DNA of 63,668 nt, counting the filler, from Bipalium vagum (Eukaryota), in NCBI GenBank assembly GCA_037834085.1. It is 3 parts of 3 records of this genome, joined end to end, with 100 filler letters (N's around TTAATTAATTAA, not from the genome) between each part and the next. Parts side by side here need not be neighbours in the genome. Positions count along the whole stretch, not along the records: positions 19,880 to 43,722 come from JBBMKC010205932.1; 2 more parts are not named here. One strand, 5' to 3'. The notes below the pieces were generated by a model that ran no database searches, was not told where the DNA came from, and saw only the letters and a list, made by a program, of their open reading frames with translations. Position numbers and translations under genes: made by a program. Position 1 is the stretch's first letter. Every line of letters starts with the position of its first letter. Positions 27,110-42,100 of the stretch are shown here, in pieces.

Positions 27110-30100
27110 GATTTGTATTAATTATATACTTACTCCATTCCACAAAAAACCCGATTTTTATTTCATAAAATAGGTAATCATTGTTATTTTTTTATCTGTA
27201 TTAAATTGATTTTAGAGTTGATGGCTCTTTCAAACGACCAAAAAGTATTCTTTCTTATGAGAGGATCTTAATGAAAATGAGAAAGATGCAGTCCGAATAT
27301 GATACAGTCGAGCGTTTATGGGATTTAATGGGTTTATACGTATCTGGAGAGTAGAAAAGGAGGCCCAGCGTTCTTCCAAAAATCATAACAAAGGTGATAA
27401 ATATAAAATTGATTGGACAATGACAGCCGATAATTTTTACAATTTTATGACTACTGAAATTATGCCAGCAATTTCTGAAAAAATTCAGTGGTGTCCAAAT
27501 GTTACTATCCAAATGAATAATGCCTGCCATCATGTGAGAAAGAAAAATTTTGAAAATTTCAATGACTTCGGAGAATATATTGTTCCATGTTTTACAGTCA
27601 TAAATCAACCGGCACAGTTTCCAGATTTAAATGTCAATAGAAATAATTCTAAAAATCTTGATTAATTGTGGCTATCATTACAACAGACATTTTGGTCAAC
27701 TATGCCTGAAACGTTGAAATCTCTTTTTGAATGTAAATCTCGGAAATTGCATGATATTACTAGTCAGAAAGGATCAATGGTTAATGTACAACATTCGTCA
27801 TTGATAACTTTATAAATAATGTGTTTTATTCTTGTTTTAATTAAAATATAATATAAATACTCTTCGTATTAAGAAATCTGGTTTTGTTATGGAATGGAGT
27901 AAGTACATAATTTCAGTTATTCTAGTATTTAAATTTAATTTTATGGTTTAAAAAGAAAATTTTTATTTTGTTCGTTTAGAGTAAACCAATATATGAATTA
28001 TTAACAAATACATTATTGATGAGTGTCAAAATATATTATATTTAAATTTTTCTACCATTAAATTAAATTAGCGATTTATTATTCGAAAAAATATCTTTTT
28101 AAATTCTTTTTAAATAAATAATATTTTAGAAGTTCAATCGATATCGAAATTTTTTGTTTATATTTTTATTTATTTATTATTTTTTATTAAGAAATTATTT
28201 AAGAAATACATAATCATTCTTCACTTTTTAAATTTCTTAAGTCAACAAATATAGACATTTGGAAATAACAAATCTAATATCAATATAATAGTATTGAAAA
28301 GAATTTTATCATTAACTGAAAAACTTTGATGAGAAAAATAAAATATAAATTTAATTAAATTGGATTTTGAGGTCCTCATTCAGTGGAGATATACATTATT
28401 TAATTTACTTTGTAAATTGTAAATATAATTTAATTATTGTCGAAGATTATTTTCTTATAAAATCAGTTTTATGTTAGTTATAAACACTTATTAGATATCG
28501 TTATAAAAATTATTTAGTTTGTTGAATGTCAAATTTCCAAACTTTTGTTCACATTACATAAGGATGTGACCAATTTAAAGTGGACTGCGATCGATTCAAT
28601 TGTTCTAAAGAATGATAATTATATGTCTAATATTTTGATATTTATTTTTTTTCTGCTATTTGGATCACTGTAGATCAAAATTTCAAAAATCATAAATATA
28701 AATAAATAGTTTGTGATAAAAATATTCATGGCCATTGAGATATATATTTATATATTAAAATAATTGCTTTTATAATTATTTTGAAACTTTTGTGGAGAAA
28801 AATATTTTAAAAACAATATTCCAGTCTTTAAAAACAGGTTTTTAAATGCTTATCTTCCAAATTTATAAAATATTTGTTATCTATAAAATTTTTGATAAAA
28901 TTAACAAAATTAAAAATGAAAATAAATTGCTGTAAAATTATATAAACATTTATATTTATCTTTGTCAATAAAATGAAATAATATTTTTTTAATGAATTCG
29001 GTTATTATTTGATTTAGCAAGAAAATGGTTGATCTAAATATTGAATTGATCCTTTATTTTTCTCTAGTAAAATACATCTCAATGATATGTTGATCTTTTC
29101 ACAACATCATTAAAAATAATAAAGCTTATTTCATTTTTCTTAATTCATTCAGTGGATGAATTTCATTCGATTTATTTAATTTGTTTTTTTCAGAGAAATT
29201 ATTCATAAAAATCTCGGTTTTATTTTTCTTTTATCATTTAATATGCATTCCCTTTTAAAAATCCATAATCAAAACAAACTTTATTGAATTTTATTTTATT
29301 TAAGAAAAACTTTTTTTCAAAAATAATAAGATTTTTTAATTTATAAATTCTTTCATCAATAAAATTTTATAGAATAAATTTTTTCCTGAACTAGAATGGA
29401 TCAATAATTAAAATTCGGTATATTGATGTTAAATTAAAAATTTTTAACATATGAAAATCATTACAGAAGTCATACATTTTTCTTAAAGAATAAACTTCTG
29501 TTTTCATCAATATTCTTAAATTCAACTCTAAAATCTTTTTATTAATAATTGGATTTTTTTGTCTTCATTATTTGTCTTTTATTCTTGTGTTATAAGGGAA
29601 AACAAAAATTATAGTGGATCATCGTGCCACATTTTCTTTTTAAACTATTTAGTTTTAAAACTTAAAACGTGTCCAATTTAAAATATTTCAGATAAATAAA
29701 TTTCAACCTTTGCTAAATATGAGGGTCAGTCAAAAAGTAACCTTAAAACACATTTATTTTATTTAAAAAATTAATTCAAATTTGAGCGTTAATGTCACTT
29801 TTCAACATAGTCCCCTCCACGTTCAATGCACATACCCCACCGCTTAATTAGATCCTGGAATCCATGAGAGAAGAAATCTTTTGAGTGACTAAGAATCCAC
29901 TGATGCTCTACTTTTTTGAGCTCTACGTCTGAATCAAAATCTATTGCTCCTCATGTCTTCTTGGGTTGTCAAAATATGTGGAAATCACAAGGGGTGAGGT
30001 CGGGAGAATAAACAGGATGTGGCAAAAATTCAATATTCAGTTCTTTAATTTTATTCACTTTAACATGGACAGTATGTGGTAATACATAATGATGCAATAG

Positions 30101-33100
30101 GACACCACGACTAAGCGGTACACGTCGCTTTGTACGGATAGCAGATCTTAGATGATTTTGAATTAGTTCACAATACAATACAATTGTTACAGTAGATTCT
30201 TTTGGCATATAACTGATGGTGTAATACGAAACTTCTTTGGTGGTGGAGAAGAAGAATGTCTCCACTATTTGCTTGCTCTTTTTGACTCGGGATGGAACCC
30301 AACATTCATCGCCAGTGACGATGCTATCAAGAAAATCATCACCTTCTGTGTCATAACAATGAATGGAAGATGTCCATCCGGCTGACTTTCATCTCTTGAG
30401 TAAGCTGTCTAGGAACTCACCTGGCAGACAGTTTTCGATATTTTAACAAATCGTGGATGATGTAATAAACTGAGTCGTGACTTATCATCATTTTAGAGGC
30501 TACTTCATAAATTGTTATCCGCATGTTTTCACATAAGATGTGATCAATTTCAGAAATTTTCTCTGGTTTTTTAGCTGAATTTGGTCTCCCAGATCGGAGT
30601 GCATCGCTCAGATTTGTTAATCATCTTTGGGACATCCTATGCCATTCATATACCGGTTGAAGTGATAAACAGACATCCCCATACATTGATATCATTCTGC
30701 GATGAATATTAGCTGGAATTTTTTTCACTGCATAAAAAAAATGAATTATTGTACGCATCTCTTCTTTGATGCATTGAAATACAGATACCGTCATCATTTT
30801 AATGCGAATATTAATCATGGTTATAAGTTTTTTTATTTATTGTTAATGTGTTTACTTATAAGATAAAAGGTATATAAAATCTTTACAAATTTTTTTTATT
30901 TTTACAGGTAATTTAAGGTTACTTTTTGACTGACTCTCGTATTACAATACATTATTTGAATCTGAATTTTTCAAATTTTTATTTATTATACCAAGGTCTC
31001 TTAAAAATGTTACCTCTTTAAAAATGTTAGCTTACATTTTTCATTAATTGTTTATTTTGTAATTTTAATAATCATATATAAAAATGAGAAAAATACCACG
31101 AAAAACATGTATATTTTAAGAAATACAGTCTATAACATAAATTTACAATTATTTGTTAATACATTCTCAAATTTTTTATATCAGGAAGCGATATAAAGAC
31201 AAATTTCTATAATCATTTTTTTTAAATTTTTGCACATGCTCGGTGTATGAAAGCTGTTAGTATCTTTAAAAGAATTTCTAAATTATTTTATTTATTATTA
31301 AAATATATTTAACTTGAACACATAAAACCATTTGATAAATCAATATATATTGAAATCCATTTTAAGTTACAAAATTTACTTTGTTCGATTTTTCAATAAT
31401 TATGAGCCTTATTATTTATTTGGCCTAAAGACCAGGATAAATATAACCTTTCATAATTATGAATAATAAATATGTAAGCAATCTTTTTCTTTTAATATTA
31501 ATAAAATATTTATTTTAATTTCAATATGAAAAGTTTGAAATTTTTTATTTGTTAAATATAAATAGATTTACTTTCAACTAATACAGAAGAATTAGATTTC
31601 CCAAAAAATGTCAAGCTAAAACTGGGTAGTCGACCTGGTAGATTTATTGTTAAATGGGTCTGTCCACAACAAGTTACTTCACCAAATGTAAAAATTGTCG
31701 GATACTCAATTCTAATAAATAACCAATGTATAGCGTTGGTGAATGGAGCTAAAAGTTAATTTTAAACATACTTTTTCACTTTCAATGTTGTCTATATAAA
31801 GATGATCGGTTTACTATCAATCTTCATGACCTAAGAACTATAAATCCCCCATTGTCACAAAATCTTCTCAACCACCAAGAACAGTCCTTTTTACCACTAA
31901 CAATTAGGACGATGGGAACCATTACCCAATCTGATTATGAAAATGGAGTTACAGAATGTACAATCTATTCAAAAGATAGCCAGCCAGTCTTAAGGTTTTC
32001 AGGACATGTTGCAGCAAGAATTGCAGGAACCGCGGCAGAGGCTGCAATAATGTTGGGAGATCAGTTAGCATCATTTCTAAATTTGGTACGAAATCTATAT
32101 AAAATTTTACTTTGTTAATGTATGTAGTCATTGCCTTATTATTAAACTGTACGATTTTTGATTTAACCATTATTGTTCTAATTCAATATGAATTAAAATT
32201 TAATATTTGGTAATCCTGAAAGTTTTTTCACTTTTTAACCATTAGAATTTTATTATTTGTTTTTTAAATAATAAGAGTGACATTTAATTTCTGTGATAAT
32301 TTTGAAAGAATTTAATTAAGACTATAAATTAGTGAAATTTGATCAAGTAATTTTTCTTAAATATTGATTACTTATATAGATAAATATGGACATCATAAAG
32401 GAACATCTGAGATGCACAATGTACTACTTTTTCGGATGGGAGAATATGTAATATTTATGGGGAAGGTATAGTATCTGAACGAGTAGTTCGAGAAATTTAG
32501 TACTGGTGGAACATCAATAGAAGACACTGCTCGGCCAGGTAGACCCACTGTCATTGATGATGATGTTTTGAAGGAGCTGATAATATCAAACCCTGGATTG
32601 ACATGTTAGGAAATTATTCAAAAACTTTCAGTCTTCAAGACAACTGCAAATGACCACCTAAGAATGATAGGCTTTGTGAGTAACTAAATTGTTGGATTCC
32701 GCATACACTCTCAGAACGTCATTTGATTGACCGCATCAACATCTGAGAATCATTACTAAAAAGAAATGAGCTTCAGCCATTTTGAAACAGATGATTACAA
32801 GAGATGAAAGTGGATCCTATATTGTAAAAAAAAGATCTTATATTGTAAGAAAAAGATCCTGGCTAAAAATAACCACAATTACCTACATCAAAGGCGGGAT
32901 AGCATCCCGAATAGGCAATTCTTTCATTATGGTGAGTTTAGCAAGGCCACCTCTATTATGAGCTACTTCCGAGCAATGAAATAATAAATTCTGAGTTTTG
33001 CTGTAACCAACTGAAAAGTTTATAAATTGCTCTTGCAGAAAAACCTCATTTGGTGATTAGAAAAGGTATTGCATTTCATCATAAGAATACCAGACTTCAA

Positions 33101-36100
33101 TGATAACCAGGACGCAGCTGAAGAGGTTTACCTAGGAAGTTTTGCAGTATCCTGTATACTCCTGAGACCTAGCACCTTCAGATTATCATCTGTTTAGATC
33201 GTCACAGAGTTCATTCAGTGATCAGAGTTTCAGTAGTGCAGAATATGTAAAGTTTCACTTGGAAGAGTTTTTTAAATTCCATGAAAAAAGATTTTTGGAA
33301 GTCCGGAATTTTTTTCTCTTCCAAATAGATGGAAAGAGGTCGTAAATAACAATGACAGTTATATGTTGAATTTAATAAATTTACAGTGCTCCAATAATTT
33401 ATTTCCGCACAATGTAAAATAGATACATTTCAGTTAATTTTAATTGAAATGTAACTTTTTTATATGGTATTGTAGAATAAGATATTTTGAATATATTTAA
33501 GCAACTCTCTAACATTTAATCATTTTTTACGAATTTTAAGACTAATTTGTTTAAATATATCAAAATTTTAGTACCCATAATTTATCCGCGCACTAATTTA
33601 AAAGTTACTTAACTCATTAAAAACTCACAATATCATTTTTTTATTAATTATCAAAAGTAATTTCTTATTTCTATACAATTGAAGTAATTTCTAGGCAAAA
33701 TTATTTAATAACGTGTCTAGAATAGGTAAATTGTCGAATTGGAGAAAAGATAAATAGAGGCATTAAGATAGGTATTTTAAAAGTTTTGAATTTCATTTTT
33801 AAAAACAAAAAAACTTTCCGGATCACCCCATATTTTAAAATTAAGATATTATATCTTCCTTTATGAAATAATGAAAATAAATATTGTTAATTTTATATAT
33901 TCCAATAATACTGGAAGAAAATAAATAAATAAACATCATAGAATTCCATGGTAAATACTAAACCAAGTGTTCAAGTATTGTGATACTTTGTTATTATAAA
34001 TATGAATATTCAGGATGATCATTTAATTAAATATGTAAAAGGGGAAATTGGCAATCATTTCTAAATTGAATATTATGCATAATTAAAGTCAAAAATCAAT
34101 TATTAAAATTATTGATATTAATTTTTTTTTAATATTTTTCAATGATTTAGAATTAGTTTTGTTTAAATTTTAATGTAAAAAATAAAATAAAAATTGTTTT
34201 TCTAAATATTCTTCATTTATATTTTGTCTTATTTACCTTTGGCTAAATTCACATTTGAAATTTAGTCTTCCTAATGTTGTTAAACGAAATTTAGATTATC
34301 ATTTTTATTTACTCTCAAAACATTACTTTTTATGAATTGTGCAAGTCTTTATTTTAAATTTAAATTTTATTAATTAACCAAGAACAGATCATGTAACACT
34401 TGATAATACTCTTTTTGTTAAGGCTCCATTTTTAAACTCGAATAATCATTATTTGTTGATATTGTATACATTTTTTAGTATTTCATTAGAAATAAAAACA
34501 TTTTGAAAACCAATATTTCTCTAAATCAATTACTATTTGACCCCAAAAAAGGGGTTTCACGTTCATACTAAATGTACTGAGTTATTGTCACCTAAATAAA
34601 TTGATAATTCTTATATTGGTTTTTATATGTATTAAGTAATCAAAATAATGTAACGTTTTATGTTTATTACTTGGATTTTTTAAAATATTTACTTGCTTCT
34701 TTTCAAATTATTAATAAATATAAGTGGTAAGACTAAAAATTATTTGCACTATCAGAAATATTGAAGGTACTTAAATAAAATTTTTCATGTAAAATAAAAA
34801 TCATATGTAAGTATGAAATATATGATTATTTTAAATATTTTTGTGCACTAGATTAAATTAAATCGGTGATAAAGACATTCGAAGATATGATCCGTATTTT
34901 CACAAAGGATCTGACAAGAAAGAAATTATTAATCAGCTTCAAGATATATACGATCAAAAACTCCAACTCGTGCGACCATAAAACTGGATCCGAGAATTTT
35001 TCATTTGGTCGAACAATGGTTTTCGATGCAACCAAAATTTGTGAAAAAATCGAAAGATATTGTGACAAAAGATCAAAAAGTTACTCAAATGCAGTTATCT
35101 AAAAGACTAAATGTATGCAAAAGTACCATCCAGCTGCTTCTAGAGCAAATGGAAATTCCAAAGTTGTGTAGCAGATTCATATCGAGAATTTTAAAACCTA
35201 AGGTGAAGGTTAGACGAAAATTGGCTTATGATAGGAATCATCATTTCCTGGATGCAATCCGTCCACGGTTTTTATCTAATATAATACCTACATATCAGAC
35301 GTCACTGAATCCCTACAGTTCTTTTTCTAAAAGAGAGTCTAAAGAATGGGTTTTCGAAATAGAGAATCCATCCAAGGTCTTGCGTCTTTTATGATATAAA
35401 TGACATCTCAAAGTTAGATTTTACTGAAGAAATCTTAAGCCTTGTATTAAGGATTTTTTGGCCATAATAACGCTCCTATTCACACAACCAAGAAAATAAA
35501 ATGCAGATCAATAAAAACTAGATTTGTGAAGGTGGATCATTTTCCATATAGTCTAGAACTTGCACCAATGATTGTTCAATCATCTGAAGAAACTTATGCC
35601 GAGACATAAATTTATTTCAAAGGATAATATTAAGGATAAGGGTAGAAGACTTGAAAGATCAAAATGTCTTCGAAATATGCTTTCATGGAATGGTGGTTAT
35701 TTTTAGAAATAAGATCTATATGTACGTATTGTTTAAAAGAAATTGTTGAGTTAACTTCATTTATTCTGTTAGAGTCTGATTAATTTTTTAGTCTTCCCAC
35801 GCATATTAAATAAAATAAAGATTTTACTAAATTTATCATTAATTTTTACAAATTTTTTAGTTTTTATCTTAGAAAAGATTTGATTATAATAAATAGTTAT
35901 ATGATAGTTTCTATACTGTGTCCTTTTACACAAGATATAACATTAATCAATGTTTAAAAAATTACGATTATAAATCCAAGAAAAGATTCATTGAATATGC
36001 TACATTTTCCACAATCTTTTATCTTAATTATATTATCTCTTTTATATATTTAATAATCATGTTTGAATGTTTGATAATATATTTTTGTTATCCTAACAAA

Positions 36101-39100
36101 TCATTAAATGTTTTTATTTTTCTAATAAGATGGAAGCATATTCTGAAGAAAAATTAGAAAGGAAAATTGTATCGAAGAACAAAGTAAGCGTGGTTAAATG
36201 ATTTTGTAGCCATTTATTTTAAGTAGAAAATTAGTAACAAAATTGGTATTTTTCTCTTTTTGATATATATTGATTTTTTCAATTAAAACAGTTTATTATT
36301 TTGTAAGCTGGAATTAAAAACAATTAGTTTAGAAATATTTAAAAATTAAATCTTTTATTATTTATTTATTGCATTATTAACGAGATATTCTCAGTAACCT
36401 TTTTACTATATAAAAGGATATTTCCCCTAATTTAGATATTTATATCGTTCCTCTTATTTTTCAATTAATTCATTACGGAAACACTTATTTCAACATTTTC
36501 AAGAAATATTTCCTTTCAAATAAAATTCATATTTTTCCATTATAAATTATAAAATAATATAATCATAAGGAGTATCACAAACGGCTTTCTTTTTATGAAA
36601 TTATCCTTTAGAAAGAATATTCTTTAACTTCAGAATATTTCTGGTAAAATTAACATGGCATTATTAAAAATATAAACCTTTATAAACTTGAATAATAAAC
36701 TTTTTAAAATTTTATCTCTTAGAGAATGTTACAAGAATATGTCTTCAATGTCTAAGATATCAAATGAAAAGTCCATTCCAAGATATGCAAATATATAATA
36801 GAAAAATAAATAAATTTGAATTTATCATTATATATATGATAGTTACACATGAGAAAACTATGATTTATCTATACTATCCGGAAAGTAAAATGCAATGGTG
36901 GAATGGTGAGTTCCTTATTCTTATCACACAAAACCCTCATAGCAGAAAGATCGAGTCAAAAGTTTATGGCAACATTTTTGGGATAATGGTGGTTTATTAC
37001 TTGCTGACTTCCGGAAGACATCACGATAAACACTTTATTCAAAATCAATACTTTGTTTAGAGACAATATCAGCAGGAAGAGGAAACTTTAAAATGATAAT
37101 TTCATTCAAATTTATCACGATAATCCATATTCGTTTTTGACTCATAATTAAATTCATTAATTTTATTTGTTTATTTAAAATTTGTTTATCTTTACTCAAT
37201 GTGTTTATAAAGTTTAGAACCTTTTAATTTTATTTTAAATATTTAATTCTTTACTTTTTATTTGATCTAATAATGATACCTTAAATTCACATATTGCAAT
37301 ATTTTAAGCAGCGTTATGGCTCCCACGAAAAATTTTTTTTTTGCTACACAGCAAAATATAAATTGAAGATCGTAGGATCTTAAGAAAAAACAGTAATAGT
37401 AAAACTGAATGATAATTTGAAGTTTCTGAGATAATTGAAAAGAGACTGGCGCAGAACAAAAAAACAATGAAAAGAAAATCGTGGGCATAGGCCAAAATGG
37501 TCAAAATCAAGACGAGGGTTCTGTTATTGGTTTTTAGAAATATATTCAGAAAAGTAAAACTTGCCATAAATACTCAACAGAAAAAAGAGGATAAATAAGA
37601 CGAAGAAAAAGAAAATCGATATATTGCAGTGGCCGTATCTCAGTTATTTAAGAGTGATACAGAAGATGAAGACTTTGAAAGCTTTATTGATGGTGACACT
37701 GAATACGAAGACAAATGATTATAAACTAAATCTGATGCAAACATTTCTTTTTATTAGAATATAATAGTGGTTTGATATGTATTTATTAAATATAGACTAT
37801 TTTAAATCCACATATAAGACGCGACTTTTACACCGCTGCGACGTAAATATGGATTTCATAAAATTTTACGGTTTTATCGTTAATGCGACTAATAGCCCGG
37901 AAAATATGGTAATAAAATGTAAATAAATATTTTAAAATTAAAATCCTGACTGTTTTGAAAATTGTAATTAGTTTTTATTGATTCTCTAAATAAATTCAAA
38001 ATGATCCACCATATATATGAGAATAGAGAATTTTCAGAATTCTAAAGAAACTGTTGAGATCTATGCAAATCTGTAAGCATGGTGATTACAAAATCATAAA
38101 TATTCTTACACTTAACCGTGTTGGAATTCATTTAAAAGCATTTGAGGAAAGTTCTTATTCATTATTTTATTTTGAAGAGAAATGCTTTTGAAATTTGGTA
38201 TACTTTGTTCGGAGATACTCGGAAGAAAAACGTTCTGATCTGCCAAATTAGGTGAACAAAAGGAAAATATGAAACCGAAAATTAATAATTAAGGTTTTAA
38301 TCATTTAATGTCACCTATTTTGAGTATACTTATTCAAACCTATGACTATTTATTTTTTAAGAAATGATAAAAAGGATATGTAACATAAACTGTAAAATAA
38401 AGGTAATAATATTAATAAAAGTAATAATAGTAATAATAACCTATGTGAAAAAATTGAGAGGTTTTTGATAAATAATCATAAATTAGATGCACTCTGCTGA
38501 ACATCAAAAGATCAGTGATTCAAGAGCTTGTTGGCATAGTTGTTATTGTTTAAATAATAGCGAGTTTTATGATAATGAATCGTCCTTTCTTCCTCGATCA
38601 AAATTTGATTGGATGGAAAATAATCCCTATCAATACCGATCCATGTCAATCCATTATCTCGATCAGCCTCATTTAAGTAATCAACACCGATCACTTTCTG
38701 ATGACAGTGCTCTTGATCGTCTATCCGACAGTCGGGATATGCGACAAAACCTATCCAGTGAATTAATAGACGATGTCTGCTCAACTGAATCTTCGAGCAA
38801 TTCACATAATTTTATATATCAAAATAATGATATTGATTGTAGCAATATCCATAGGAAGTCAATTACCGAATTTTCCATGCGCGGCGAGGATGATCCGAAT
38901 AAATACCTTGCTGTCAGACATATTGCTAAGGTTACTAATTCGGCGTTGTTGGTTTGTGAGTAGTCGATGGATATTTTTTAGAATGTCTCGTCCCAACTGC
39001 TTGTAAATATCTGCATGTTTGTAGTATATTAGTTCTACTAGTGTTACGCTCACTAAATTTTTAAATTCGTTTTACAATTAATTTCGTCAAACATGTCAAA

Positions 39101-42100
39101 ATGAACAGAAATTAACTTGGGTGGTGATCATTATACCGATGATCGGCATCCTAGATTTATTTCCCATTTTTTGAAATGTGTAGTCAACAGGTGGTTAATA
39201 TAAAAGGCTTATGATATCGATAACATTGCATAGCTTTAAATTTATAATTAAATTTTAATTAATATTTATAATTACTGATAAGGATGAAGATAAGAAGTTT
39301 TGAAAACTATGTTATATTATTTATTTTTTGACATAAGCAAATTAACCCACGACTTAATGAAATGGGTTGCTTAAATATCTTTTACTTTTGTTTTTGATCT
39401 TGGAAATTATTTATCCGTCTCTATTTACAAAATTAATTTTAATTTTCAATTTCTTCATAAAAGTAAAAAATATTTTTAAAGGTTCTTTTTTATTTTACAA
39501 ATTGGAGCTTTAATTTCTAAATAAAATTTTTAATATTTTTTCATATGTGACAACCAGGCACTATTTATAGAATTAATTTCAATAATTATAAAATAGCTCA
39601 ATAATTTTTTATTTTTTAATTACAAATTTGGTTTTATAACCATAATCACCCGTTGTAATATGCGTATCTTGCTTCATAAATATGCAGAAAATTCAGCCAG
39701 CGCGAAATATTAAAAATTTACTTGTTGAAGTCCTCCCCAATAATAATAGCATGGTCGAAAACAATACGACTAAAAACCCCTCAAAACTATCGTAAAGATT
39801 CAATTTCTGTTACAAATTCAAAAAAGAAATATTTTATTTCTCAAGGAAAACCCGTTAAAAAAAATATTTATTTGCTTACTTTATTTTCACTAATATTAAG
39901 CGTAAAATGTTTTCCTTCACAAATTTTACTTTGGCCATAAAAAATTAGTTCAAAAATATAAAGTGGTTATTAAAAATTAATCTCGAGGTCGATATAATGG
40001 TTAATTTAATTTAAGAATGAATGAAGTTCCATGAAAGCTTAACATTAAATTATTTTATTTTCACGTTAATTATTTCAAATATTTTATATTTAGTTTTTTA
40101 TTTCTTCAAATAATATCAATACCGTTTTAACTAATATTAACTTATTAAACCCGATTAAATAATCATTAATATTCAATATATGAACTATTTATCATTTAAT
40201 ATTGATTTAATTTTTAATTTTCTCATGTCAAGTTTATAAATATTTAATTATCGTTCATAAAAATTCTGAAAAAATGCAGAATAAAATAAGTTTTTACCTT
40301 GCAATTAAAAAGGAGTAAAAAATTATTTAACATTAATCTTTACTGTTTTTTTATTTTCAAAACAGAATATGTTTTAAATTTATAGAAAATCAATACTTTA
40401 TGGTGGAAAATATTTAAGGAATATCTTTTTGATTTAGCAATCGCAGTCACAACCGCAATCACAATTAATAAAAAATTCTAAAGAATATCCCCAAGCGAAA
40501 ATTTCAGTGCCTAAAATTCGTAAGTGCCTTTTCTTGTTTTTTCAATAATATTAAGAGTCTTTCACTTTTGATTTGTATACCATGAAGTGTGATGCAAAGT
40601 GATATGTAACCAAAAGAAAAAATATGAAAAATCCGCCAGCAATTTTTCTTATCTAGTTGCTTTATAATATTGATTCAAAGGATAACCTCTAAAAATTATG
40701 CTTTCATCCTCCGGGTAAACAAGCTCACTATAAAGTTTTATGAACTTTACATTGTTATATTCAAAACTCTTAGTGATATTATTTTTATATAAACAAGTTT
40801 TTCTATAAGATTTATGAAATAGTATAATACAAATCAAGTAATATAATATATGAAAATGTAACTTGAATCCATATTTGTAGAACAATTGTTCACAGAATTT
40901 ATTGTCAAATATGTCTCATAATTAATGTAGATTCTTTGACTCGAACTCCTTTATGTTAGTATTATAATATAAATACAATCATATATTTAAGAAGTCTCAC
41001 ATAATTAGAGTTAAAATTTATATATTAAAGTTACTTAGATTTTCACAGAATAGGAAAAATATGTCTTCAAAAAATACCTTTGTCAGAAATGTTAAGGAAA
41101 CGTTTAATACTTTGCAGGAATTTAAAACAAAATCTGTTTAAACATTTTCGCTTATGAAACATGTTTTCCAATCATGACTCTCAGATTTTTTTATTTAGCA
41201 ATAAGTTGTCTTTTTGCTTACATCCGAATCCGTCGAACAGTCCAAAACTTTACAGGTTTTCAGACAGTAACATCCTACAACAAGACATCGTCAGACCTCA
41301 TTTTACTAGAGAAACGTTTGTGAAACTTAGCTGGGAAGTCCTACCACATGCACCATATCTTAGATTTTTCACCTATTCTTATGACTACAATATTTTTATA
41401 ATTTATAATTTATAATTTTGGCTGGAGAAGAATATTAAAAGTCTTATGCAAGATTTTTTCAAGAAATATTTTTATTAAAGGTTGATTGATTTGCTATCTG
41501 AAAGATGGCCAAGGATAATCATTGTAATTATTTCAATGAATAAAAAAATTGTTCCTGAAATTTTTTAATATCTCGATATAAAATCCGGCATTATTTTATT
41601 ATCAACCTAATAGTCAAAATAATGAAGTTAATTTTTATGATTAATATTTTCATTTTTTTATAATGGTCCTTGTAAACCAATTTAATACCGATTTAATTAT
41701 TCTGTTACCAAAACCTACTACTACTGCTAGAGTTATCATTTCAATAGAATTAAATCAAATGATAACAATTATTATTTCAGAAATTACAAAGGACAGCAGT
41801 TTCTCTGAAGACGATGAAATTCAGTCGATGCTGTCTTATAGAAATAAAAATCGACAGGCGGTTGATCATTATTCTAAAGCTAACCATCAACCAAAGCCAG
41901 TGTCTCGTAACTATGGAGATTCCAAAAACCGGTCAAACCCTTCAATGGATGAAATGTCGATAATAAAAAATAAAACTTATCACTTTTCCCAATCTGACAG
42001 GGTAAACAATCAAAACCAGTGGTTCAACAATTATAATTCAGATAAAACCAATAATGTTAATAATGACCGATATAATTATATAAGCTCGAAACCAGTTGAA

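Noticed and set aside
26991-27173. Poly-Ile membrane-protein ORF
   Set aside because: It is the translation of an (ATT)n microsatellite.
38512-39053. Overlapping minus-strand and alternative-frame ORFs
   Set aside because: They are shadows of the GC-richer RIM-BP exon.
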